Below are positions 16,526-25,170 of a stretch of DNA of 64,000 bases, piece by piece (positions within the stretch are counted from its first letter, which is position 1; every line of letters starts with the position of its first letter). The notes beneath the pieces were generated by a model. It was not told where the DNA came from. It did not search any database and worked only from the letters and a program-made list of their open reading frames with translations. The position numbers were made by a program, and so were the translations under genes. The DNA comes from an uncultured virus (IMG/VR IMGVR_UViG_3300046517_001279). Lineage: Duplodnaviria; Heunggongvirae; Uroviricota; Caudoviricetes. The stretch lies in the IMG/VR virus record IMGVR_UViG_3300046517_001279; one strand, 5' to 3'.

Positions 16526-17097
16526 GCGACGAGTATCTGGCAAGCATGAAGCAGCGGTTCGACGAGGCACACACGCTGGCAAGCATGAAGAAGCGGTTCG
16601 ACGAGGCATACGCGCCGATTTTGGGTAGGAACCGCGCTCAGAACGGAATCGGTACAGACGAGGCGTACCTGTACAAGATGAAGGTCGAGTTCGACGCAGC
16701 GATGGCGCTCGTGCGCGGCTCGGCTGAGGAGGTCCAGTGGGTGCGCAACGTTCTCGCCGAGCACGGCTACATCGGCCCGCTCAGTGAGACGACGTGCCCG
16801 CTGCGTGAGTGGTTGGCTCCGCAGGAGACGCAGCCGGTGCCTGAGAAGTTCACCGAGTACGTGATCGAGCACGACGCGCGCGGGCGCATCGTCTACTTCA
16901 GCCTGCAGGATGCAATGAGCAGGATGGGCGAATTCGCTGCGAACGGGGAGAAGTTCACCTTTTCGACCGGAGAGTTCAAGTTCGCCGACGAGTGGAAGTT
17001 CGCCTGCAACATGCTCGCGCAGGGGCAGCCGCTGTCGGGATCAAGCATCTACGCACTGAAGATCGGCGTCGCAGCCGGCATGACGCCAGATCTATGA
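16522..17097 (+). CDS. hypothetical protein with internal 13-aa duplication
   Basis: GTG coupled; LASMK(Q/K)RFDEA occurs twice. Confidence 0.6.
   Translation: MSDEYLASMKQRFDEAHTLASMKKRFDEAYAPILGRNRAQNGIGTDEAYLYKMKVEFDAAMALVRGSAEEVQWVRNVLAEHGYIGPLSETTCPLREWLAPQETQPVPEKFTEYVIEHDARGRIVYFSLQDAMSRMGEFAANGEKFTFSTGEFKFADEWKFACNMLAQGQPLSGSSIYALKIGVAAGMTPDL
16537..16614 (+). repeat. 39-bp tandem duplication
   Basis: CTGGCAAGCATGAAG(C/A)AGCGGTTCGACGAGGCA.. at 16537 and 16576. Confidence 0.9.
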
Positions 17098-17492
17098 CCC
17101 GCAAGCGCAGCGCGTATCGCCCATCCCTTAAGCGCGTCCCCGTGATGAAGGAACTGCATGATCAGATCGGCATGGGCCTTCACACGGCCTATGGCGTGCT
17201 GGAGCGCGCGCCGGACCAGACCGCAGTCAATCAGCTGGCCGAAGGGCTCGGCATGGTTGGCATCGCGGTCGAGGGAGACGCGCGTTTCGCAGACGCGCTG
17301 CGTATCGTCGATTCGGCGATGCGCACGCTTGAACAGATCGGAGCCAAGGGCGAGAAGCTGTCGGCCACACCGTTAGAACTCCTTCCGATCCGGAACGCCG
17401 TTTTGGCTGTAGACTCGCTGCTGCCGCGCCTGGATGGAGTGAAGCTTTTTCAGGCGCTCCAGAAGTTGAGAGTGCTGGCCGCCCAGAAATAG
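17094..17492 (+). CDS. hypothetical protein
   Basis: ATGA coupling. Confidence 0.6.
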   Translation: MTRKRSAYRPSLKRVPVMKELHDQIGMGLHTAYGVLERAPDQTAVNQLAEGLGMVGIAVEGDARFADALRIVDSAMRTLEQIGAKGEKLSATPLELLPIRNAVLAVDSLLPRLDGVKLFQALQKLRVLAAQK

Positions 17493-17521
17493 AAAAGGCC
17501 GGTCGCGAGACCGGCCCCTTC
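17493..17521. terminator. GC hairpin, probable terminator
   Basis: AAAA-GGCCGGTC-GCGA-GACCGGCC-CCTT. Confidence 0.55.
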
Positions 17522-17597
17522 ACCCCACTCCCACCACGGAACCCCACATGCCCCTGAAGAGTGCTGTAATCTTAGCACACCTAATCGACAAGAGGTC

Positions 17598-17915
17598 ATG
17601 AGCCGCGTCCACTGTCGCTGCAGGAAGTGTCAGGGACGCCAGGTGTTAAAGAAGCCACCAGAGCAGTATCGAACGCAGCCTATGTGCTGGTGCGGAGCGC
17701 GCGACTGGCGGCCAGACCCCTGGATGAACCGGCGCAACACCCGCCTGATGGGTTGTATGTGCAGCGGCTACGCCTGGGCGGGCAACATGAGCGGCGCGAT
17801 GCACCGACGCGGCTCGAAAAAATGCTGGTACAGAACAGACGGCAGTCGCAGGGAACACGGCGACGCTGACTACTACACAGAAGAAATGCACGGGGAATTG
17901 CATGAGTACGCCTAG
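17598..17915 (+). CDS. Cys-rich basic hypothetical protein
   Basis: CRCRKC, CWC and CMC motifs; GAGG RBS. Confidence 0.6.
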   Translation: MSRVHCRCRKCQGRQVLKKPPEQYRTQPMCWCGARDWRPDPWMNRRNTRLMGCMCSGYAWAGNMSGAMHRRGSKKCWYRTDGSRREHGDADYYTEEMHGELHEYA

Positions 17916-19314
17916 CGCAGTTGACGCCATTGTCAAGAAAGTCGCTTTTCCATACCCTCCGCTCGCCTACCAGCGCGATACGATCGACGCTCACGTTCAG
18001 GACTGCGAAGATCATGCGGGCCTATATTGGGGCATGGGGAGTGGAAAAACGTATTCGTCGACGCTGTTCAACATGATCTATCGCGACCGCGTCGGCGCTC
18101 AGGTGATACAGATAGTGCCACCGATTTTGCTGCGCCAGTGGAGCAAGTGGCTCGCAGCGTGCGGCATCACACATAAGGTCTACGCCGGCACGAAGAAGCA
18201 GCGCGCGAAGATCACGCTCGACCGCGACACCGCTTATTTTTTGCTAACTGTAGAGACCCTCAAAAACGATTTCGACCGTATCTATGAGGCGTTCAATGGC
18301 CGCAAGATCATGGTGTGCATCGACGAAGCGACGTCCATCAAGAACTACGAGAGCGGCAACTTCCGCGCGGTGCTCCAACTGAGTTCCGGGCAGGGGATTA
18401 TGCCGATGACCGGCACGCCGGTCAGCAGCCCCGCCGATGCCTACGCCTACATCAAGCTGGTGAACCCCGGCACCTACAGGAGCTTCGGGCAGTTCGAAAA
18501 TATCCACGTGAAAGAGCGCGACTTCTTCAAGAACGTGACCGAGTGGGGCAACCTTGAACTGCTGAGGTCGAACCTCGCGAAGCGCTCGTCGTTCATCTCG
18601 ACGCAGGAGGTGCACCCGGATATGCCGCGCTCGCGCATCAGCGAGATCGACTATGACCTGGAGAAGCATCACAGCGCTTTGTACCGCGAGCTTGTGGACA
18701 AACAGCTTCTGGTCTTTTCCGATGGAATGGCGATCGACGCCAGCACGCCCCAATCGCTATACCAAAAAACCCAGCAGATAATTTTGAACTATGGGTATTT
18801 TGCGCAGCACAACGATCTCGTGCCCGCAGGCTTCGAAGTGATGGACGAAGTGATCGCGCAACTGGCAGGTAAGAAAACCCTCATCTTCGCGAACTACCGC
18901 ATGAGTATCGCTGCGATCCACGCGCACCTTCAGAAGAAGGGCATCGTCAGCGTCGTGCTCAATGGGGACACACCAGATAGGGTGCGCGACGCCAACGTCG
19001 AGCGCTTTAAAGAAGACCCCACGTGCCAGGCGTTCGTCATGAACCCGCGCGCAGGTGGAGTCGGTCTCGACGGTCTGCAGCACGTCTGCCACCACGCACT
19101 CTTCATGGAGATCCCGACCGTCCCGGCGTACTTCTGGCAGGCATGTGCACGCCTTGAGCGCGTAGGTCAAAAATTCGTAACCGACGTACGCATTGCCACA
19201 GCGCTGGGGACCGTGCAAGTAAGGCTGCGAAAGAATCTCGTGCAGAAAGATGCGCTGGTCAACGAAGTCGTACCGTCCGCAAATGATCTTCGCGCAGCGC
19301 TGTACGGCGAGTAA
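17902..19314 (+). CDS. SNF2-family (SF2) helicase/ATPase
   Basis: MGSGKT, IDEAT, MTGTP, GGVGLDGLQ, QACARLERVGQ. Confidence 0.9.
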   Translation: MSTPSAVDAIVKKVAFPYPPLAYQRDTIDAHVQDCEDHAGLYWGMGSGKTYSSTLFNMIYRDRVGAQVIQIVPPILLRQWSKWLAACGITHKVYAGTKKQRAKITLDRDTAYFLLTVETLKNDFDRIYEAFNGRKIMVCIDEATSIKNYESGNFRAVLQLSSGQGIMPMTGTPVSSPADAYAYIKLVNPGTYRSFGQFENIHVKERDFFKNVTEWGNLELLRSNLAKRSSFISTQEVHPDMPRSRISEIDYDLEKHHSALYRELVDKQLLVFSDGMAIDASTPQSLYQKTQQIILNYGYFAQHNDLVPAGFEVMDEVIAQLAGKKTLIFANYRMSIAAIHAHLQKKGIVSVVLNGDTPDRVRDANVERFKEDPTCQAFVMNPRAGGVGLDGLQHVCHHALFMEIPTVPAYFWQACARLERVGQKFVTDVRIATALGTVQVRLRKNLVQKDALVNEVVPSANDLRAALYGE

Positions 19315-19534
19315 TTACTGTCGCGCCGCACAACAGATCTTCTCAATTGCAACTAATTTTCGCAACGACCAATAGTCGCGCGCCCACGTGCCAAAGCCAT
19401 CGACCGATTAGCGGGCAATAAGGTGGTCGTTTTACAGGATCGCCGGGTGTTTGCGCGCGCTATCGTTGCGATCTGCATTAAATGCGTCTTGCAGGTTTGT
19501 AACACGAATCGCCTCTGTGGAACGCATTTCGCGA

Positions 19535-19574
19535 TTGACGCTAATATTTTCAGGATGTAGTATGTGCGTCATAC
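19535..19574 (+). promoter_or_regulatory. promoter with palindromic operator upstream of the RHH/primase operon
   Basis: TTGACG-17 bp-TAGTAT; GTATG-5 nt-CATAC at 19560-19574 overlaps the -10. Confidence 0.55.
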
Positions 19575-19593
19575 CACACACCCTGTGAATCAT

Positions 19594-19728
19594 ATGAAAA
19601 GAGTGAATTTCTTTTTTCCGCCCCAAATGCTCGACCGCCTGAAGACACTGTCGGCGAAGACGGGCATACCGGCTGCGGAGATCCTGCGTCGTGCGCTTGA
19701 GGCGGCTTTGAAAGAAGGCGGGGTATGA
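19594..19728 (+). CDS. 44-aa ribbon-helix-helix (CopG/Arc-like) regulator
   Basis: MKRVNFFFPPQMLDRLKTLSAKTGIPAAEILRRALEAALKEGGV; ATGA-coupled to the next gene; absent from the ORF track. Confidence 0.8.
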   Translation: MKRVNFFFPPQMLDRLKTLSAKTGIPAAEILRRALEAALKEGGV

Positions 19729-20093
19729 CCGACTCCCTGGAAGAAAAGGTCGCCAGTATTGAAGTGAGCGCGGAACTATGCGGTGCCGTCGTGCTCGACT
19801 TCGATCTGGAAAAGGACGAGTTCGTGTTCATCTGGTGCGGGCCGGGAATTCTGATGGGCGTCGAGATCAAGCCCGAGATGACCGCTGAGGACTACGGGCT
19901 CGACACCTTGGCGGTGATCCATATCTCGGACGACCCGGAGTTCAATGGCGCGGCGGATATGCCGGCTGATAGCCCGCTCTGGGAATTCAAGCAGATCGGA
20001 GAACTGACGCCGGCACAGCGGTCTCAAACCTGCCTATGGGTGCAAGATGAGCAGTCCTTAGTAGCTGCGAATCCGCAGCCGTTCCGCCACTGA
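19725..20093 (+). CDS. acidic hypothetical protein
   Basis: ATGA coupling. Confidence 0.6.
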   Translation: MTDSLEEKVASIEVSAELCGAVVLDFDLEKDEFVFIWCGPGILMGVEIKPEMTAEDYGLDTLAVIHISDDPEFNGAADMPADSPLWEFKQIGELTPAQRSQTCLWVQDEQSLVAANPQPFRH

Positions 20094-20180
20094 CGCGAAG
20101 AAATCGCTCGCCATGCGGCTTCGGCGGAGTAAAATTCGCGTCTCGCACGCCTACACCCAACATAACAAAAGCCCCACCAC

Positions 20181-22997
20181 ATGGCTGACACCTATCGTTT
20201 TCACAGCTTGGAGAAGACCGGGGGCTGGGTTCCAGTTCAATCTTCCCAGGTGCAGCAAGTCATCGAGACCAAGCAGCCGAAGTACATCACCGTCCTGTCG
20301 GTAGACCGCCTCGTGGCCGACGACGAGCCGTTGGAGGAGTCGCTCAAAATCAAGTACGAGGGTCCGTTTTATGCGGACTGGGACTGTGAGGATCTGGTCG
20401 ACGGCGCTGCGTCCGTCAATCGCTTTCTGGACCTGCTCGCTGACCACGGCGTCGACCCGGCGTGCGTGTCGGTCTACGCATCAGGGGGGCGCGGGTATCA
20501 CGCAGAAGTGCCGTTCTGTATTTTCAGTAGTGCTAAGGGAGGCACGCAGTACCTGCCGCAGATCTTCCGCGAGGTAGCTAACGATTTGTATACAGAATCG
20601 TTAGATATGGCTGTGTACAGCGCAAAAAGAGGACGCATGTGGCGCGTCGCCAACGTCCCGCGCGAGTCCGGCGCGTACAAGGTACCGCTGACGCTCGACG
20701 AGATTCGCGAGCCGATGACGGCCGAGCGTTACGCGGAACTGTGCCGCGCACCGCGCCCGGTCCCGGAGCGCGCGCCGGCCACGCTGTCGCCATCGCTCGC
20801 CGCGCTGTTCTCTGACCATCAGCAGAAGGTGACGCAGCGGCTGCGCGAGCGCGCGAAGAAAAAGACCGACGACACGCTGATCAAGCGCATGGGAGGAGAT
20901 TGGCCGGAATCGGTCAAGGCCGTCATGCGCGGGGAGAACGTAAGCGACGCCGGCCTGAACAAGGTCGCGCTCCAGCTCGGCATCCTTTCGAACGCGCTCG
21001 GCAAGACCTGGGAACAGCATCTTTCCGCCTGCGAAGGGCTCGTGAAGACGTATAAGGGTGACGGCCACGGCACGCGCCGCGCCGTGCGCGAGGAACTGAA
21101 GCGCATGTTCGGCTACGCATGCGGCAACAACGCGTACTCGTACTCCCCCGCAGCGATGGCCGCGATCATGGAGACTCCGGCCCTCGCCAAAGATCTCCGA
21201 GGCAACGCCGCCCCCACAGCCGGCACGAACCCCGAAGACATGGGCGACCTGTCCAAGGGCGTGATGCTGGGAAGTAACGGACTATATTCGCTACGCGAAG
21301 ACACGCTGCACCGCGAGACGAACTGGCACTTCGATGCAGACAGCGTCACCGAGATCATCGACGCCGAGACCGGCCAGTCGCGCGGGTTCATCCTGCAGAG
21401 CATGGACTCGGGCACGCGCACGCAGGAGATCAACCTGGATCACATGACATTCACGAGCGCGGAAAAGTTCAAATCGTTCCTCGCCGGCAAAGGCGCCGTC
21501 GCGCCGCAGATGGACACGATCAAGACCGGCAAGATTCTGGCGCTGATCATGCAGGCTGCGAAGGCGAACGGAAAGGTGTTCTCTCTCCCGAAGGAAGGTT
21601 TCAATCTGGTCAAGGACGAACTGGTGTGGTGCAGCCCGAGCGGCTGCTGGGCACAGAACTCCGGCGTCACGTACCGTTTCCGTGGATCGCAAGGCAGCGA
21701 GGGCGGCAACTTCAAGTCCGACGTGATGGCGGCGCCGCGCATCGACGAGTTCGACAACGCTGCGGACGTCGTCGACGCGCTGCTGCGCTGGAACAATTCG
21801 GATTACACGGTCGCAGCGACGCTCGGCTGGTTCGTGGCGTGCTGGCACAAGCCGATGCACGTCGCGCTAGGCGGTAGTTTTCCAATCCTTCAGGCGTACG
21901 GCGAGTCGGGCGCGGGCAAGACGCTGGCGTTCATGCGCATGCTCAAGATGTTCTATTTCAACGAGAGCCCGAAGGCCATGAACGCGTCGCAGGGCTCCGC
22001 GTACGGCCGGCGCGTGATGTTCAGCGGCTCGACGACCATTCCGGTGCTGGTTGACGAGTTCAAGCCCACGAAGATGTCGCTCGAAGCGGTGCGCGACTTC
22101 CGCATGACGATCCACGAGATGTACACGCCAGCATTCCAGTCGCCGCGTGGCGGCGGTGATGCGCGGTCGAGCGCGCCGGGCAACTGGGCCGAGATCAGCC
22201 AGGACACGAAGACGACGCCGCTGTGCTTCACGACGGAGACAGCCGAGTCGGAAACGGCCATTCAGGAGCGCACGGTCTCGGTGCCGTTCAGCAAGGCAGC
22301 GCGCACCGGACGCGCGGACGCTGCGTTCAAGGTGCTGACCGATAACGAGGACGTGCTCTCAGCGATCGGCAAGCTGCTTCTGCTCGGCGCGGCCGCGAGC
22401 AAGCGTGACAGTCTGAAGGCGCTGATCGCGCGCGGCCACGAGGTCGCAGCGGAAAACCTGTCGCGCTCAGGCAACAGCCGGATCGTCTACAACGCAGGCG
22501 TCGTGATGTCGGGCCTGGGCTTTCTCGGCATGGTGCTCAAACAGCACATGCCGGACGTGTACGAGGCGCGGTTCAAACCTCGCCTGAAGGAGTTGCGCGC
22601 AGCGCTCGTCGACCCGACGAACTACGCGGCGCTGCAGGCCGCGCCGGAAATCGTGAAGATGCTGCGCTTCATGATGACCATCTCGCACCAGGACGATCTG
22701 GACGCCGAGTGGAATGTGCGCCACGGCATCGAGTATGCGTACCACCAGCCGGGCATGGATCTCGATATCTCGTCCGACGCGTTCTTCTGGCGTTACCGCG
22801 CAGCTGCGCAACGCCGGAACATGACGCCAGCGTTCACGGACGTCGACGCGTTCTTGAACGGGCTGCGCACGTCGTCACTCGCGCTGGAATCGTCGCCGCC
22901 CGACACGTCGCTCAATTCCGGCACGAATGCGCCGCGTGTTGTGCGGCTGTCGGCTGCTGCGCTGGAGGAGTACGGGCTGGGGGCGTTCAAGGTTTAA
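20181..22997 (+). CDS. AEP-type primase fused to a P-loop helicase domain
   Basis: AEP motifs FYADWD, SGGRGYH, LDMAVY; Walker A GESGAGKT, Walker B VLVDEFK. Confidence 0.85.
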   Translation: MADTYRFHSLEKTGGWVPVQSSQVQQVIETKQPKYITVLSVDRLVADDEPLEESLKIKYEGPFYADWDCEDLVDGAASVNRFLDLLADHGVDPACVSVYASGGRGYHAEVPFCIFSSAKGGTQYLPQIFREVANDLYTESLDMAVYSAKRGRMWRVANVPRESGAYKVPLTLDEIREPMTAERYAELCRAPRPVPERAPATLSPSLAALFSDHQQKVTQRLRERAKKKTDDTLIKRMGGDWPESVKAVMRGENVSDAGLNKVALQLGILSNALGKTWEQHLSACEGLVKTYKGDGHGTRRAVREELKRMFGYACGNNAYSYSPAAMAAIMETPALAKDLRGNAAPTAGTNPEDMGDLSKGVMLGSNGLYSLREDTLHRETNWHFDADSVTEIIDAETGQSRGFILQSMDSGTRTQEINLDHMTFTSAEKFKSFLAGKGAVAPQMDTIKTGKILALIMQAAKANGKVFSLPKEGFNLVKDELVWCSPSGCWAQNSGVTYRFRGSQGSEGGNFKSDVMAAPRIDEFDNAADVVDALLRWNNSDYTVAATLGWFVACWHKPMHVALGGSFPILQAYGESGAGKTLAFMRMLKMFYFNESPKAMNASQGSAYGRRVMFSGSTTIPVLVDEFKPTKMSLEAVRDFRMTIHEMYTPAFQSPRGGGDARSSAPGNWAEISQDTKTTPLCFTTETAESETAIQERTVSVPFSKAARTGRADAAFKVLTDNEDVLSAIGKLLLLGAAASKRDSLKALIARGHEVAAENLSRSGNSRIVYNAGVVMSGLGFLGMVLKQHMPDVYEARFKPRLKELRAALVDPTNYAALQAAPEIVKMLRFMMTISHQDDLDAEWNVRHGIEYAYHQPGMDLDISSDAFFWRYRAAAQRRNMTPAFTDVDAFLNGLRTSSLALESSPPDTSLNSGTNAPRVVRLSAAALEEYGLGAFKV

Positions 22998-23067
22998 GCA
23001 GTTGGAGGGCTAATGGAGGGTCATCTTCCGTCAGCATAAAGAAGTTGTACACATAGCGCGAAAGTAG

Positions 23068-23096
23068 TTGCACAGAAGTGTTTGGTAACGTACATT
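23068..23096 (+). promoter_or_regulatory. sigma70-like promoter
   Basis: TTGCAC-17 bp-TACATT. Confidence 0.55.
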
Positions 23097-23172
23097 ACCA
23101 CCTGCGCTGAGGGGAAAATCAGCACACCTAAACGCAGCAAATAGACCATCGTTCACGCAAAAGGAAAATAAA

Positions 23173-24108
23173 GTGGGAATCCTTAAGAAAAATGCAGCAT
23201 CCGCAGAAGCCGCTAATCAGCAACCGGCGTTCGAACAGGAAGACGGCGAGCAGGGCGGCACGGCAGTTGTGCAGGAGACCGTAGCAGTAAAGACGGTCAC
23301 GCGCGAGCAGGTCGCGCCGGCAGTGAAGGAGCCGGAAGTCGTGGTCGAGAAGACCGCTGAAGTCGTGGCGGAAGTGGTTGTCGAAACCGTGGTCGTGGAA
23401 GCAGCAGCGCAGTCGGCCGCAGCGTCGACCTCGACCGAAGTCGCCGTGCAGAAGCCGGGCGTGATCAAGAACTTCCTCAGCAGTGGCAAGGGGATGGTCA
23501 ACCCGCTGGTCGACTTGAAGGACGCTTTCAAGAAAGCTGACATCGAAGTGGACTACGCAACGTTCCCGCGTCTGCGCGTGGACGCTGGTTGCATCGCTTC
23601 GACGGAAGGCAAGGAAGCGGGAGAGTTCATCGAACTCCAGGTGATCAGCTACTCGCCGTCGTGGACCGTCACGACCGGGACAGACGGTAAGGAGTCCAAA
23701 GAGCACGTCAGGTTTAGCGACGACGGCAAGGTGACGAACGCGGCCGGCGACTCCGACGAGCACGCCGGAACGCCGCTCGAAGAGTACAAGCAGCACCTGA
23801 TCAGCCTCGGCTTCGAAAAGGCGGCAATCAAAGAATACACCGTGGTCTTTGGTATCGCCCTGGAAAGCGAGGAAGCTGACTTTCCGCACTTGAACGAAGT
23901 CGTCGGCCTGTCGCTCGCGCCGGAATCGCGCAAGAAATTTGATAGCTATAAGATCAATCGCGCGCTGCAGGCTCGCATGGGTCGCGTGCAGGAGACCTCG
24001 GGAAATCCGGTCGTACGCTGGTCGGTGGAGCGCGTGTCCGGGAAAGAGAGATCGTATTTTAATCTGATCCCTTCGCACGGCAAGACGGCGCCGGTCGATC
24101 TGGGCTAA
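23173..24108 (+). CDS. hypothetical replication-module protein (possible ssDNA-binding protein)
   Basis: Own promoter, AAGGA RBS and terminator; E/V/A-rich N-terminus; SSB role inferred from position only. Confidence 0.6.
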   Translation: MGILKKNAASAEAANQQPAFEQEDGEQGGTAVVQETVAVKTVTREQVAPAVKEPEVVVEKTAEVVAEVVVETVVVEAAAQSAAASTSTEVAVQKPGVIKNFLSSGKGMVNPLVDLKDAFKKADIEVDYATFPRLRVDAGCIASTEGKEAGEFIELQVISYSPSWTVTTGTDGKESKEHVRFSDDGKVTNAAGDSDEHAGTPLEEYKQHLISLGFEKAAIKEYTVVFGIALESEEADFPHLNEVVGLSLAPESRKKFDSYKINRALQARMGRVQETSGNPVVRWSVERVSGKERSYFNLIPSHGKTAPVDLG

Positions 24109-24125
24109 GCAGTAATCGTTAGGCG

Positions 24126-24152
24126 TACCCGGCTTCGGCCGGGTATTTCTTT
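24126..24152 (+). terminator. intrinsic terminator
   Basis: TACCCGGC-TTCG-GCCGGGTA-TTTCTTT. Confidence 0.85.
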
Positions 24153-24174
24153 GACCTGCAGAGCTGGACACGAC

Positions 24175-24555
24175 ATGAATACCTACAGGCACAAGTTTGT
24201 TTCTGCATGCCCCAACAATGCAGAGATCATTTACTACGATCTGGAAATCCAGTCAGAGCAAATGATCCAGGTTGAGCACATCATTACCCAGGCAGCGCTC
24301 TGTCGTCTTGAGGCGTCGTACCACGAGAAGATCGCAGACGCGTTTTTCGCGCGCTTCGGCGGCCGTCAGGTAATAAAGGCGCATCACCACGGCGTCGACA
24401 TCGAGACCGTCCGCGAGTCATCCAATACCCCATCCGGCAAAGTCCTGACGGAGCGCGTTGTGGTAGGACCGCGAGTTTTTGAAAAGGGCGTCTCTGTTGA
24501 TGTCGTGGTGGACTTCCTGAGTACGGGTGGAAGGTATGACCACGACCGCATCTGA
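24175..24555 (+). CDS. QueF-like T-fold protein (putative)
   Basis: FVSACPNN ~ QueF FTSLCP; YHEKIAD ~ FHE; HHHGVDIE ~ RGGISI. Confidence 0.5.
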   Translation: MNTYRHKFVSACPNNAEIIYYDLEIQSEQMIQVEHIITQAALCRLEASYHEKIADAFFARFGGRQVIKAHHHGVDIETVRESSNTPSGKVLTERVVVGPRVFEKGVSVDVVVDFLSTGGRYDHDRI

Positions 24556-24784
24556 AACAATCGGCGCGCGCATCCGAAGGCTGCGCAAAGAGCGCTGTAT
24601 GACTTTGGAGGCCGTCAGCAAACGGGTGAGGTCACGGGGAAGTTACCTCGGGCAGGTCGAGCGGAATGAACACGCGCCTGGCCTGATGGTTGCCGCCGAA
24701 CTTGCCAAACTTTTCGGCGTGAGCCTCGATTACATTGCCGGTCTTACAGAACACGAAAATAACCCTTACGTTAAGCGCGTATAA
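24536..24784 (+). CDS. XRE-family HTH regulator
   Basis: IGARIRRLRKE...YLGQVERNEHAP...LFGVSLDYIAG. Confidence 0.85.
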   Translation: MTTTASETIGARIRRLRKERCMTLEAVSKRVRSRGSYLGQVERNEHAPGLMVAAELAKLFGVSLDYIAGLTEHENNPYVKRV

Positions 24785-24798
24785 AGCGGGAGTCCAAA

Positions 24799-25170
24799 AT
24801 GCTTGTATATCTCTGCGGCCCGATTAACGGATGTACCGACGCTGAATGCAATGACTGGCGCTCGTACGTTAAGAGCCGGATGCCGGACACCCTGGACCCG
24901 ATGCGCCGCGATTACCGTGGACGCGAAGCGGAGTCAGTCAACGAGATCGTTGAACTCGACAAGATCGACGTGCAGGAATGCGACGTCGTAATCGCGAATT
25001 GCCCGAAGCCAAGCGTTGGCACCAGCATGGAGGTGTTCTTCGCATGGCAACTCGGCAAGACGGTCGCCGTAGTCGCCCAGGAGCCAGTCAGCCCCTGGTT
25101 GCGCTATCACAGCGCGAAGGTGTTCGGGACGATCAAGGAAGCAGTGGACTGGCTGGAGGCGCGAGATTGA
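24799..25170 (+). CDS. nucleoside 2-deoxyribosyltransferase-like protein
   Basis: VYLCGPI...WR...DP...DKIDVQECDVVIA...SVGTSMEVFFAWQLGK. Confidence 0.8.
   Translation: MLVYLCGPINGCTDAECNDWRSYVKSRMPDTLDPMRRDYRGREAESVNEIVELDKIDVQECDVVIANCPKPSVGTSMEVFFAWQLGKTVAVVAQEPVSPWLRYHSAKVFGTIKEAVDWLEARD

Noticed and set aside
16537..16614. CRISPR-like or DGR repeat
   Set aside because: Two adjacent in-frame copies with no spacers; no cas or reverse transcriptase gene in the window.
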